Notes: generated by a model from the sequence alone, not told the origin. A stretch of 63,923 bases of DNA, filler included, from an uncultured bacterium (GCA_964506785.1; 5 parts of 5 records of this genome joined end to end with filler, not necessarily neighbours in it), one strand, 5' to 3'; positions 40,718 to 51,052 are shown, counted from the first letter of the whole stretch. Numbers and translations: made by a program.

Positions 40718-40847
40718 AGTGAACAGTTAACAAAAACAGAGGACAGGGAACAGGGGACAGAGGGCAGTAAAAAAAGAAGGCTTCTAAATTGCCAGATTTA
40801 TCAGCAAAAACTAAAAATGACTATAACACAGTTAACAGAGGACAGGG
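40716..40847. repeat. Degenerate period-7 arrays (ACAGRGR)
   Basis: acagagg acaggga acagggg acagagg gcag; a second run acagtta acagagg acaggga abuts the pgm start. Confidence 0.7.
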
Positions 40848-42239
40848 ATGGAAAATTTACCTAAAATAAAATTCGGAACTGACGGTTGGCGGGCAGTTAT
40901 CGATAAAGATTTTAATGTGCCTAATGTAAAATATGTTGCCCAGGCCATAGCCGATTATCTAAAGAAAGGCAAGGTTATTGTTGGGTATGATACCCGCCGT
41001 CTTTCGCCGGAATTTGCCCGGGCAGCCGCCTCTGTTTTAGCCAGTAATGGTTTTTCCGTAGTTTTATCAAAGGCTTTTGTTCCTACCCCGGTTCTTTCCT
41101 ATAAAATCAGGATAGAAAAAGCGCAAGCCGGAATTATGATTACCGCCAGCCATAATCCAGGTGAATATAACGGTTTGAAAATGAAGGGGGGGTTTGCTGG
41201 CCCCGTAGGCGCTGAGGTGACTGGTAGCCTTGAGGATTTACTGGGGAAAAACCCGGTCAAAGAAATAAAAGATTCAGAAAAAAACATCAAAACCGAAGAT
41301 TTTAGCTTGGATTATTTAGCCGGCATAAAAAAATACACCAAAGCGGAGTTTTTTAAAAAATGCCGCTTCAAGGTTATCGTTGATGATATGTTCGGAGCCG
41401 GAGGCGATTATTTACCCCGGGCTTTAGAGGAAACGCCGATTGAACTAAAAATGATACGCCATGAGCGGAATACATCCTTCGGGGGAATTCATCCCGAACC
41501 AATCGCCGAAAACCTACAAGCCCTAATGGATAAGGTGAAAGAAGAAAAAGCGGTTTTGGGTTTAGCCACGGACGGGGATGCTGACCGCTTGGGCGTAGTT
41601 GACAGCCGGGGGAATTATGTTAGCGCCCAGTTAGTTTTCTCCCTGCTTTTTCTGAATTTGCTGGAAAGCCGCCTTTGGCGGGGAGGTTTAGTTAAAAGCG
41701 TTGCCTCTACTTTTTTGCTTGATAAAATTGCCCAAAAGTTCAAATTACCGATTTATGAAACTGCGGTTGGTTTCAAACATGCGGTCCCCTATATGCTTGA
41801 CCAGGATATTCTTATGGCCGGCGAGGAGAGCGGCGGTTATGGATTTAAGGGACGGCCGCCGGAAAGGGATGGAATACTGGCCGGATGCCTTCTTTTAGAA
41901 ATGATGGGTAGAAGGGGGCAGTCTTTAATTGAGATATTGAAAGATTTAGAAAAAGAGTTCGGCTCATTTTTCTATAAAAGAATGGATATAGAATATTCCC
42001 AGGCGAAAAAAGAAGAATGCCTCAAAAAGCTTAAAACAACTTTACCCAAAATTTTAGGAAGGAAAAAAGTAAAAAAAACTAATTTAAAAGATGGGCATAA
42101 ATTCATTCTTGAAGATAATAGCTGGCTTCTTTTGCGTTTTTCCGGCACCGAGCCGTTACTGCGCATTTATAGCGAAGCGGGAAGCCCTGAAGATGTTCAG
42201 GAACTGCTGGCCGAAGGGAAAAGATTGGTTGAAGCTTAA
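40848..42239 (+). CDS. Phosphoglucomutase/phosphomannomutase
   Basis: FGTDG.R, TASHNP, DGDADR, GEESGG, R.SGTEP. Confidence 0.93.
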   Translation: MENLPKIKFGTDGWRAVIDKDFNVPNVKYVAQAIADYLKKGKVIVGYDTRRLSPEFARAAASVLASNGFSVVLSKAFVPTPVLSYKIRIEKAQAGIMITASHNPGEYNGLKMKGGFAGPVGAEVTGSLEDLLGKNPVKEIKDSEKNIKTEDFSLDYLAGIKKYTKAEFFKKCRFKVIVDDMFGAGGDYLPRALEETPIELKMIRHERNTSFGGIHPEPIAENLQALMDKVKEEKAVLGLATDGDADRLGVVDSRGNYVSAQLVFSLLFLNLLESRLWRGGLVKSVASTFLLDKIAQKFKLPIYETAVGFKHAVPYMLDQDILMAGEESGGYGFKGRPPERDGILAGCLLLEMMGRRGQSLIEILKDLEKEFGSFFYKRMDIEYSQAKKEECLKKLKTTLPKILGRKKVKKTNLKDGHKFILEDNSWLLLRFSGTEPLLRIYSEAGSPEDVQELLAEGKRLVEA

Positions 42240-42280
42240 GCGGTACCGATTAACTGGATTAAACCTTTGAAAGGAATGAA

Positions 42281-42823
42281 ATGAAGAAGAGAAAATCAAT
42301 TTTCAGAGAATATGTAGAGACGATAATCATCGCCGTGGTTTTAGCCTTGTTTATACGCACTTTTATTGTCCAAAGTTTTAAAATTCCTTCAGATTCCATG
42401 GTGCCGACTTTACTTTCAAAACCGATTAACGACCGGATAATGGTTAACAAATTTATTTATAAATTTAATCCGCCGAAGCGCGGAGATGTCGTTGTTTTTC
42501 GTTCTCCCCTGGAACCCAAAAAAAATTTTATTAAAAGGGTGGTTGCTTTGGGAGGAGAAGAGGTAGAGATAAAAAACGCCAGTATCTATATTGACAGAAT
42601 GAAACTGAACGAGCCCGAAGAAATTGCCAATATTTATTATTACTCCTCCGGCCCCTATGGAAGCGGAAAGGTTGATGTGCCTTTAGGCGAAATCTATGTT
42701 TTAGGCGATAATAGCGCCAATAGCCAGGACAGTCGTTATTGGGGTTTTGTCCCTTTAGAAAATGTTGCCGGGAAGGCAATGTTTATTTTCTGGCCTCCTT
42801 ATCGGATGGGAAAGGTACGATAA
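42281..42823 (+). CDS. lepB: Signal peptidase I
   Basis: IPSDSMVPTL, FIKRVV, GDN..NSQDSRYWG. Confidence 0.95.
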   Translation: MKKRKSIFREYVETIIIAVVLALFIRTFIVQSFKIPSDSMVPTLLSKPINDRIMVNKFIYKFNPPKRGDVVVFRSPLEPKKNFIKRVVALGGEEVEIKNASIYIDRMKLNEPEEIANIYYYSSGPYGSGKVDVPLGEIYVLGDNSANSQDSRYWGFVPLENVAGKAMFIFWPPYRMGKVR

Positions 42824-42951
42824 CTTCCCCGCATTTCCAACAACCAGAAAAAACGTAAAACCACATTTGTGGTTTGGTTTTATTATGGATATTCTATTGA
42901 CAAAATAGTTGGAAGGTGGTATAAAAAAGAAGAATACGGGGGAGAAAGGAA

Positions 42952-43650
42952 TTGGCTGGCCGGTCGCTTTTTAGATTTTGTTTTATCCTATCTTTATGCC
43001 TGCATTTTGGTTTTAGTTTTTTCCCTTTCTTTGGCGGTTCTCAAACAACACAGGCTCATTCGCCGAAATTTCTAGAGGTAGCTTTTCTAAAAAATAAGGT
43101 AAACAAGCATCTTTTGGCGCGGAAGAATGAGAGTAAAGAGCTGCCGGACAAACAGGAAAAGCCGCAGCTTAGTTCAGATAGTTTGCGGCCGGTAAGCGAA
43201 ATTATTAATAGAATTGAAATTTCCCGGGCAACCCAAGATTTACCGCTTCCGGTTAGCCGCAAAAAGAAAAATGACAACAAAAAAGCCGATATAAAGACTG
43301 TCGTTATTACCGACTCATTGGAACTTGATTTAGGTGATGACGGGGTTGATTTCTTCCCGGCTCTTTTCGCTGACTATGCCCATATTTTAAGGGCCTATAT
43401 TTTAGAAAACATAGTTTATCCTCAGGCAGCTTTTAGAAAAAATATGGAGGGCAGCGTTCAGCTGAAATTCGTGCTTTCACCCGACGGGAACTTAAAAGAC
43501 ATCTATATTCTTAAATCCTCTAATTGTTTAATTCTTGATGTGGCGGCCCTTGATGCCGTAGAAAAGGCAAGCCCTTTTCCTTCCTTCCCTAAAAATTTAA
43601 ATGCCAAAGAATTATTTGTCAAAGTTCCCATTGTTTATAAATTGAATTAA
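42952..43650 (+). CDS. TonB family energy transducer
   Basis: TM with SLCLH; C-terminal YP..A....EG.V, SS...LD.AAL. Confidence 0.8.
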   Translation: MAGRSLFRFCFILSLCLHFGFSFFPFFGGSQTTQAHSPKFLEVAFLKNKVNKHLLARKNESKELPDKQEKPQLSSDSLRPVSEIINRIEISRATQDLPLPVSRKKKNDNKKADIKTVVITDSLELDLGDDGVDFFPALFADYAHILRAYILENIVYPQAAFRKNMEGSVQLKFVLSPDGNLKDIYILKSSNCLILDVAALDAVEKASPFPSFPKNLNAKELFVKVPIVYKLN

Positions 43651-43712
43651 AACCGCCACCCGTATTTCTTTAACGTAACGCGAAATACCAGATAACAAAT
43701 ACGAAAAGCAGT

Positions 43713-44441
43713 ATGTATGTAGAAAAAACTTACCGCCGGTCCGTCAAGACAAATGATTTGATAAATTTCTCCGTAGCTGAAAAAGAAACGGACCTTTTAA
43801 TTTCTGCCGAAAAAGACTTAAGACAAGTTGCCCGGCGGGCAGTTTTGGAAAATCGCCGGGTTTTAGAAGATTACATTAAAAATAAGCCTTATTTTTACAG
43901 CAGCCTCAAGCCGTATAGGTTGGAGCCTCATGCCCCGCTTTTGATTAAGGAAATGTCGGCGGCGGCAAACCTTGCCGGCGTAGGGCCGATGGCTGCAGTC
44001 GCCGGCCTTTTAGCCCAAAAGGTGGGAGAGGCCCTTTTCCCTTTTTCTTCTCAAGTTTTAGTCGAAAATGGCGGAGATATTTTTATAAAAACCGAGAAGA
44101 AAAGGAAAGTCGGAATATATACCGAGAATAAGGATTTTTCCGATAAATTAGCCCTGGAGATTTCTCCCGGAGATTCTCCTTTGGGGATTTGTACTTCATC
44201 CGGGAAGTTCGGACATTCTTTAAGTTTCGGAAATGCCGATGCGGTCGTGGTTATTTCTCGTCAAGCGGCATTGGCTGATGCCGCGGCTACGGCAATAGCT
44301 AACCGGGTCAAAACTGTAGAAGATGCTTCTTTAGCTTTAAGTTGGGGGAAGACGATTCCAGGAATTATAGGCGTTTTAATTATCATAAAGAAGAAAATTG
44401 CCGCTTGGGGGAAAATAAATTTATTAATAGGCGATAAATAA
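43713..44441 (+). CDS. UPF0280 / ApbE-like protein
   Basis: GPMAAVAG, ENGGDI, CTSSG..GHSLSFG.AD, ADAAAT. Confidence 0.88.
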   Translation: MYVEKTYRRSVKTNDLINFSVAEKETDLLISAEKDLRQVARRAVLENRRVLEDYIKNKPYFYSSLKPYRLEPHAPLLIKEMSAAANLAGVGPMAAVAGLLAQKVGEALFPFSSQVLVENGGDIFIKTEKKRKVGIYTENKDFSDKLALEISPGDSPLGICTSSGKFGHSLSFGNADAVVVISRQAALADAAATAIANRVKTVEDASLALSWGKTIPGIIGVLIIIKKKIAAWGKINLLIGDK

Positions 44442-44547
44442 AAGGTGATAGAGATTAAGTGATAGGTAGTAGGGAATAAGGACGAAAATATAACGATATT
44501 CTGAAAAGGTATAGCCTATAACTTGATTTAAAGAAAGAGAGGGATGG

Positions 44548-45318
44548 ATGCAAGACTTCGATTTAAATATTTTGAAAGTTAGAAACCAATTGGTTGAGTT
44601 TATAAAAGCGGAAGTAAATAACCGGGGGTTTTCTAAAGTGGTCATCGGTCTTTCCGGGGGGCTCGATTCCACGGTTACAGTTTATTTAGCGATCAAGGCC
44701 TTGGGAGTAAATAATGTTACCGGTATATTGTTACCTTATGGAAAGAATATGATAACTGATTTGACCTTAGCAAAACTGGTGGCCGAAAACCTTAAGATAA
44801 AAACGGTAGAGATTAATATTGGGCCGGTAGTGAACGAGCTTTCTTCTTTAGTCGGGGCTGATGAAGATAAGGTGAGAAAAGGTAACATTATGGCCCGGAT
44901 GCGGATGATTATTCTTTATGACCAATCCCGCCTTTTTAATGCGCTGGTTTTAGGAACAAGCAATAAAAGCGAAATGCTTCTGGGATATTATACCCTTTGG
45001 GGAGATATGGCCTGTGCCATTGCTCCCCTGGGAAATTTATATAAGACCCAGGTTCGTAATCTGGCTTATTACCTGGGTGTCCCTCAGACAATTATCAAAA
45101 AACCGCCTTCAGCCGGTTTATGGGAAGGACAGCTTGATGAAGAGGAATTGGGATTTACTTATGAAGAAGTCGACCGGATACTACATTTTATGGTAGATAA
45201 AAAATATAATTTTACTAAACTGCGAAAGGAAGGATTTCAAGCAAGCTTCATTTATCGGGTAAAAAGCCTTTTAGCGCAGACAGATTTTAAAAGAGCATTA
45301 CCTGTGGTGCCAAAGTAA
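44548..45318 (+). CDS. nadE: NH3-dependent NAD+ synthetase
   Basis: GLSGGLDS, GNIMARMRM, GTSNKSE, LYKTQV, PSAGL. Confidence 0.95.
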   Translation: MQDFDLNILKVRNQLVEFIKAEVNNRGFSKVVIGLSGGLDSTVTVYLAIKALGVNNVTGILLPYGKNMITDLTLAKLVAENLKIKTVEINIGPVVNELSSLVGADEDKVRKGNIMARMRMIILYDQSRLFNALVLGTSNKSEMLLGYYTLWGDMACAIAPLGNLYKTQVRNLAYYLGVPQTIIKKPPSAGLWEGQLDEEELGFTYEEVDRILHFMVDKKYNFTKLRKEGFQASFIYRVKSLLAQTDFKRALPVVPK

Positions 45319-45341
45319 GGTGACTCAAGGATTTCTCCGGG

Positions 45342-46682
45342 CTAAATAATCGGTAAATACTTTTTTAATTCATGGGAGGTTATCTGAATACGATATTCCT
45401 CCCATTCTTTCTTTTTATTCAAAATGAAGCGGTTGAAAATGTGCTCGCCCAGGGCTTCTCTAACAAACTTACTCTTCTCTGTTTCCATAATGGCTTCAAG
45501 AAGGCTACCGGGCAGGGCAGTTAGTTTTCGGTTTTCTATCTCTGCATTTTTCATTTTATAAATATTCGGTTCAACCGGCTTAGGCAGTTTGTATTTTTTC
45601 TCAATTCCTTCCAATCCTGCCGCCAGCATTACCGAAAAGGCCAAATAGGGATTGCAGGCTCCGTCCGGGCAGCGCAGCTCGGCCCGGATTGCCTCTTCTT
45701 TTCCCGGGTGATAATGTGGTACGCGAATAAGAGTAGTGCGGTTACGCTGCGCCCAGGAGATATAAACGGGGGCTTCGTAGCCGGCGACTAAACGTTTATA
45801 GGAATTTACCCATTGGGCGGTCAAGGCGCAGATTTCCCGGGCGTGAGTGAGCTGCCCGGCAATAAATTGTTTAGCCGTTTCTGAAAGGTGATATTTATCA
45901 CTGGGGTCAAAGAAACTGTTTTTATTGCCGCTTTTTAAAGACTGATGGAGATGCATACCGCTTCCATTTACTCCGAGTAGAGGTTTAGGCATAAAGGTGG
46001 CGTAGACGCCGTGGCGCTGAGCAATTTCCCGAATAACCATTCGAGAGGTAATAATGTTATCAGCCATACTAAGGGCTTCATTATACTTCAGGTCAATTTC
46101 ATGCTGGCTGGGAGCGACTTCATGATGGCTGGATTCAATGGTTATTCCCATCTCTTCGAGCATTTTGATGGTTTGGTTACGAAGGAAATTGGCCAAGTCA
46201 TTAGGGATAACTTCAAAATAGGTTCCTTGGTCAAGCGTTTCGGGTCTTTCATTATTTTTGAAATAAAAGTATTCTAATTCCGGGCCGACATGATATCGGA
46301 ATCCCATTTTTTCGGCTCGGGCTATATTTCTTTTTAAAGCATAGCGGGGGTCACCCGGATAAGGATTGCCGTCAGGGCTTAAAAGGTCGCAAAAGAGCCG
46401 GGCAGTTCGCGGCTGATCGCTTTGCCAGGGTAAAATTTGTAAGGTAGCCGGGTCCGGCTTAGCTAAAATATCACTTTCCTCTGCTTCGGCAAAACCAGTA
46501 ATAGAAGAGCCGTCGAAACCTTTACCCTGGTTAAGGGCTTCTTCCAGTTCACCTCGGGTGATAGAGACACATTTTAGAATCCCCAGGATATCGGTAAACC
46601 AGAGCTGGATAATTTCTATCTTTTCATCGGAAATTTTGGAAAAAACCGCCTGCTTAGTCAGTTTTTCTTTCTTGGCCATCAT
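45342..46682 (-). CDS. glnA: Glutamine synthetase type I (copy 1)
   Basis: FDGSSI, ESD, HHEVA, TFMPKP, NGSGMH, SYKRL, ELRCPD. Confidence 0.95.
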   Translation of the reverse strand: MMAKKEKLTKQAVFSKISDEKIEIIQLWFTDILGILKCVSITRGELEEALNQGKGFDGSSITGFAEAEESDILAKPDPATLQILPWQSDQPRTARLFCDLLSPDGNPYPGDPRYALKRNIARAEKMGFRYHVGPELEYFYFKNNERPETLDQGTYFEVIPNDLANFLRNQTIKMLEEMGITIESSHHEVAPSQHEIDLKYNEALSMADNIITSRMVIREIAQRHGVYATFMPKPLLGVNGSGMHLHQSLKSGNKNSFFDPSDKYHLSETAKQFIAGQLTHAREICALTAQWVNSYKRLVAGYEAPVYISWAQRNRTTLIRVPHYHPGKEEAIRAELRCPDGACNPYLAFSVMLAAGLEGIEKKYKLPKPVEPNIYKMKNAEIENRKLTALPGSLLEAIMETEKSKFVREALGEHIFNRFILNKKKEWEEYRIQITSHELKKYLPII

Positions 46683-46758
46683 TTCCCCCTTTTAATAGTG
46701 TCAAGGTATTCCGCCATAAAGCATTAGCGGAGAGGTAAGGTATCAAAGTATTAAAATA

Positions 46759-46787
46759 ATTATAGCCCAAATCGATTTTTTAATCAA
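46759..46787 (-). promoter_or_regulatory. Sigma70-type promoter of glnA copy 1
   Basis: Minus-strand TTGATT-17-TATAAT. Confidence 0.7.
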
Positions 46788-46795
46788 GCAAAAAT

Positions 46796-47217
46796 GATAG
46801 TGTAAAATATTCTGGGCGCTTTAAGAATAAAAGTTCTTTGAAAAGCAAATAAAAATGGCATACCTTAATATGGTTGTTGTTGCCTCAACCAATGACCATT
46901 AACCGGGGCAAAGCCCCAGAGGAGGTATACCATGAGAAGCGTAAACTTCTCAAAGGAGAGTATAGCATTTCAGTGGCAATATTTAAATTGGAGACAGCTT
47001 CAGTCATATAGTTTTTTCCAGATTAATAAAAGGGTTGGGAGAGGAGCTGAGAGAGTTCAGGGCAAAGCCGACAGAGGACAAATACAAGTATTTACTCATA
47101 GATGGACTTTGGGTGCATTTAAAAGAGAAATCAATTTGCAATCGGCCGATATGTTATACCCATAAACTTAGGGATGTGTCTAAAAGTATTAGACATAAAG
47201 CAAAGAATCGGCGGGAG
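46796..47217 (+). mobile_element. Degenerate IS256-family element fragment at contig end
   Basis: EELREFRAKP..YKYLLIDGLWV and CYTHKLRDV (CxxH.R) motifs juxtaposed by internal deletion; GTGTAAAATATT end-like sequence. Confidence 0.65.
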
Positions 47218-47317
47218 NNNNNNNNNNNNNNNNNNNNNNNNNNNNNNNNNNNNNNNNNNNNTTAATTAATTAANNNNNNNNNNNNNNNNNNNNNNNNNNN
47301 NNNNNNNNNNNNNNNNN
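47218..47317. other. Assembly gap / contig linker
   Basis: N run containing TTAATTAATTAA. Confidence 0.99.
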
Positions 47318-47744
47318 TCAAAGATTCGGCATAGGATTAGCTTTGTATAAAAAGACTCATTTCTATATGTATAGTTTTATTTTCTCTGCCTTGTTGAATT
47401 TAGGACTCAACCTTTTATTCATTCCCAAATATGGTTATCTGGCCGCCGCGGCTACGACCGTCGTTTCTTATGCCTTTTTATTAGGGCTGACCGTTATTTT
47501 TTCCCGGCGGTTTTTTATCTGGAAATTCTCTTTTTTATCTTTTGGCAAGGTAGCCTTTTCCTCGGCGATAATGGGGGGAAGCCTTTATTTTGCGATTAAC
47601 CATTTACGGTCTTCCTCTTTATCAAAATTGATATTGCTGGTGCCCTGCGGAATAATAATTTATTTTTTGATGCTTTTTTTGCTAAAAGAGGTTAAAATAA
47701 AGGAAATGCAAACAATATTCAAAAAAAGGGGGGAGGCCCTATGA
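47318..47744 (+). CDS. Polysaccharide flippase / Wzx-like C-terminus (5' partial)
   Basis: LNLGLNLLFIPKYG.LAAA.TT motif; TM helices. Confidence 0.75.
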
Positions 47745-48061
47745 GAAAGATTGAATGTATAATCAGACCGGAAAAATTCGAGGATGTTTACCAGGCCATT
47801 AGAAAATCGGGGGCCGGGGGGATGTCGGTTACCGAAATTGAAGGCTTTGGCAATCAGCGGGCTCCGGGTAAATCTATGGTCGAAAAAATCAAGATTGAGA
47901 TTTATGCCGACGCTTTTCAAACCGATTCTATTATCGATACGGTAATGAAAGCGGCCCGGACAGGAAAAATCGGAGACGGTAAAATTGCCGTTATTTCCCT
48001 TGAAGATATGTACCGCATTCGGACCGGGGAAAAAGGAGCCAGGGCAATTAAAGACATTTAA
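47741..48061 (+). CDS. P-II family nitrogen regulator with shortened T-loop
   Basis: IIRPEK, GMSVTE..GFG.Q, TGKIGDGKI, RIRTGE. Confidence 0.9.
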   Translation: MRKIECIIRPEKFEDVYQAIRKSGAGGMSVTEIEGFGNQRAPGKSMVEKIKIEIYADAFQTDSIIDTVMKAARTGKIGDGKIAVISLEDMYRIRTGEKGARAIKDI

Positions 48062-48088
48062 ACCTTTATAACCAAAAAGGAAGGGCTA

Positions 48089-48871
48089 ATGAATTTTAAA
48101 AAAGTTTTTTTGTTAAGTTTCATTATCAGTTTGGGGGTTATTACAGGGAAAGCCGATGTTACCTTAGCTGAGCCGCAAATCGAATTCGAAGGTTATTACT
48201 GGCTTCCGGATTTATCGGCGGAAGGCCGGGTATCCAAATCCGGCATTGGGACAGATATTGATTTCAAGAATGACCTGGGTTTAGACGATGAGAACTTTCC
48301 TGAGGCACGATTCACCTGGTATATGGGGCCGAAAAGCCGATTGAGGCTTAGTTATATCCAAGTCGGCTATAGCGGCGATAAGCATGTAGCCAAAACCATA
48401 GATTTTAACGGGAAAACCTATGCTGGAAACACCCGGGTTGTTACTGACCTTGAGGCAAAATATGCCAGGTTTGGATTGATAAATCAGTTTATAAATATAG
48501 CGGACGGCAAGGTAAAATTCGGACCGCTTATCGAACTAAAAGGATTCTGGGTAGATGCCTCCCTTGAAGCCCCGGATTTATCTTTACCGATTAAAGAGTC
48601 CGAAGATTTTGCCATCGGCCTGCCGACACTTGGCTTTGCCCTTGATATTGCCCCGCATAAAAAAGTGAATTTGTTTGCTGAAGTATCAGGAATGCCGGCG
48701 GGCAATTACGGATATTTTTTTGACGGCGAAGCGGGAATTAAAATAATCCCTATAGAAAATTTGAGTATCGCGGGAGGATACAGAGTATTTAAGATTGAAG
48801 CCAAGAATGATTCTGATTACGCCGATTTAGATATATCGGGGCCATTTATCGGGGCGACTTTGAGATTTTAA
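48089..48871 (+). CDS. Outer-membrane beta-barrel protein
   Basis: Signal peptide, amphipathic strands, C-terminal GPFIGATLRF. Confidence 0.8.
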   Translation: MNFKKVFLLSFIISLGVITGKADVTLAEPQIEFEGYYWLPDLSAEGRVSKSGIGTDIDFKNDLGLDDENFPEARFTWYMGPKSRLRLSYIQVGYSGDKHVAKTIDFNGKTYAGNTRVVTDLEAKYARFGLINQFINIADGKVKFGPLIELKGFWVDASLEAPDLSLPIKESEDFAIGLPTLGFALDIAPHKKVNLFAEVSGMPAGNYGYFFDGEAGIKIIPIENLSIAGGYRVFKIEAKNDSDYADLDISGPFIGATLRF

Positions 48872-48883
48872 AAAAAAGGATGC

Positions 48884-49771
48884 CTATTTTGCATCCGTCA
48901 CTTCTTTATATTTCTCGAAATCTATTTTTTTATGTGTTCTGGCTTCGGCCAACTCCCAGACATATTTGTAAAGGTGGAGCCCTTTACTTAATGCCACTAT
49001 TTCTCCGTCCGCAACGCCAATCTCATCGGCCATAAACTTCTTCACCAGTTGTAATCCGGCCAGATTTGAAGGAAAGCCGCTCCAAAGATCCCAGGAACGA
49101 AAATAAATAATAAAATGGAGTTTGCCGTATCGGATCCTCGTATCAATTAAACGCAGGCAGGGCGGGTCTTGCAGGGTGATGTCCGGAGGCATGCCTATCT
49201 CTATTGTTTCCTGATTGGTGCCAAAGCCTCTTTCTTTATAGTCTTTTATAACCTGCTGAAACGGATTAACATTAAATGGTATTTCCTTGCCTAATATAAT
49301 TTCCTTATCGCTTTTTTTAACAGCAATAGTATAGGGATATAATTCTTTAATTTGTCCATCGGTTAATTCATCCAAGGATATTCCTGTTTTTCCTTTAATC
49401 TTTTGTATATCCAAAGTTTCTTCAAGCCTGGCTTTGGGATTGTGAATTCTTTCTCCATAGGTGTAATCCTCCCCTTGGGCTTTCTGGTCAGTCATAAGAT
49501 AGGGCAGGTAGGTTTCATTTACATACTTCATATCGGTTGGGGAGGGGATTCCCGAGCCCTCAGGCATTATTGGTATTATCGGTTCTCTCCCCGGATTTTT
49601 CACTCTGATGACGACAAAGTCGAACCCCAGTCTTTCTTCTTCGTTTTCGAAGCTTCCCTTTGTTATTTTGTATCTAAAGCCATGGTCAAGGATTTTGCTG
49701 ACAGCTTGAAACCAGGCATCATCCAGATTAAAAGCTTCTATATGGACTATGTCTAAAAGTTTCTCTTCCAT
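48884..49771 (-). CDS. thyA: Thymidylate synthase (archaeal-like ThyA)
   Basis: YTYGER, DPPCL, FRSWD..GFPSN, LHLY. Confidence 0.85.
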   Translation of the reverse strand: MEEKLLDIVHIEAFNLDDAWFQAVSKILDHGFRYKITKGSFENEEERLGFDFVVIRVKNPGREPIIPIMPEGSGIPSPTDMKYVNETYLPYLMTDQKAQGEDYTYGERIHNPKARLEETLDIQKIKGKTGISLDELTDGQIKELYPYTIAVKKSDKEIILGKEIPFNVNPFQQVIKDYKERGFGTNQETIEIGMPPDITLQDPPCLRLIDTRIRYGKLHFIIYFRSWDLWSGFPSNLAGLQLVKKFMADEIGVADGEIVALSKGLHLYKYVWELAEARTHKKIDFEKYKEVTDAK

Positions 49772-49967
49772 CTTTTGATTTAGAAACAACAGTCCGTTTT
49801 TTAGTTAGAATCGGTTAGTATTGTAACCGAAAATCTATTTCTGTTCAAGAAATTTCATTAAGACGGGATGGGCAAGAAAATCCCTTTTTTGTTTCTTTCC
49901 CGGCCGCTTCGGCTCCGGCAGAAATATTGTTTGGATAGCGTTTTTTGAGTTAATCCGCAAGATTTTA

Positions 49968-49996
49968 TTGAGAAGTTAAAAGAGGAATGGTATAAT
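49968..49996 (+). promoter_or_regulatory. Sigma70-type promoter
   Basis: TTGAGA, 17 bp spacer, TG-n-TATAAT. Confidence 0.65.
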
Positions 49997-50063
49997 TAAG
50001 AGGTGTTTTTTGTCGCGCTAAAGCAGAAATTTACTTTTGTCCTCAGGAAGGGATTCGATAAAA

Positions 50064-50456
50064 ATGGCTAAATTTAAAATTAGTGAAAGATATAACAGTT
50101 TTAAATATGCGGCGAAGGGCATTTTTACAATGATACTTTCTCAACATAACGCCTGGATACATGCTCTAATTACTGTTTTAGCCGTTATTGCCGGTTTTTG
50201 TTTCGGGCTGACAAAACCTGAATGGTGCTGGATTATCCTGGCTATCATAACTGTTTGGACAGCCGAGACACTGAATACCGCTTTTGAATTTCTTTTAGAT
50301 GTTGCCTCTCCGGAATTTCACCCCTTAGCGGAAAAAGCTAAAAATGTTGCTGCCGGCGCCGTGCTTATTTCAGCCATTGGCGCGATGCTAATCGGCCTGC
50401 TAATTTTCAGCCCGCATATTATAAAAGCCTTGCAATTTAAACGCCACTTTTATTAA
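50064..50456 (+). CDS. dgkA: Diacylglycerol/undecaprenol kinase family protein
   Basis: SFKYA..G, N..IH, ETLNTAFE, AKNVAAGAV. Confidence 0.88.
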   Translation: MAKFKISERYNSFKYAAKGIFTMILSQHNAWIHALITVLAVIAGFCFGLTKPEWCWIILAIITVWTAETLNTAFEFLLDVASPEFHPLAEKAKNVAAGAVLISAIGAMLIGLLIFSPHIIKALQFKRHFY

Positions 50457-50472
50457 TCTTTATAAAACGAAT

Positions 50473-50886
50473 ATGGGCCTATACATATACTGCCTGAGAG
50501 AAGATTATATCTATAAATCTTCCATAAAAGGCCGCCAATTCGAAAATGAATGGTTTAAGTTAGAAAAGGACGGCAGAGTAATCGTTAAGGGTACCAACAG
50601 ACGTGGTTATGCCTGGGATGGTTGCAGCCCCAAGATTAAAATAAAGGATATTTATATCGGCATACCAGAAGCGGTGTTAAACTTTGACACAGGGAAAAGC
50701 AAAACATATTACGCCTCTTTAATTCACGATGTGTTTTATCAGTTTGCTAAAGACGTAAAATCAATTGTTGGACGCAAAGAAGTCGACAGGGAATTTTATA
50801 TTATTCTTAAAGAGAATAGATTCAGATTGGCAGAATTGTATTATGGGGTTGTGTTTCTTTTGGGATGGTTATTCTGGTATTTCTGA
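50473..50886 (+). CDS. DUF1353-like hypothetical protein
   Basis: GYAWDGCS, ASLIHD.FY, R.EVD.EF. Confidence 0.6.
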   Translation: MGLYIYCLREDYIYKSSIKGRQFENEWFKLEKDGRVIVKGTNRRGYAWDGCSPKIKIKDIYIGIPEAVLNFDTGKSKTYYASLIHDVFYQFAKDVKSIVGRKEVDREFYIILKENRFRLAELYYGVVFLLGWLFWYF

Positions 50887-51052
50887 TTCAGGTTAATTCT
50901 TGATTGAAAGATTTATTGAGTTTTGATTTAGAAAGTGGTAACATAGAGCTATCAGTTACGTTAATTTTCGGATGGTCTTTTTATGGTTGTGCGGGATGTT
51001 GCTTGCGCCCTTGGTGATATAGAGATATGGGTAAAAAAGACAAGGACCAGAA

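Noticed and set aside
46796-47217. IS256-like fragment as the possible mobiliser of the CCCCGTTAG element
   Set aside because: Its end shows no similarity to the element ends, and IS256 members typically make 8-9 bp duplications rather than 4 bp
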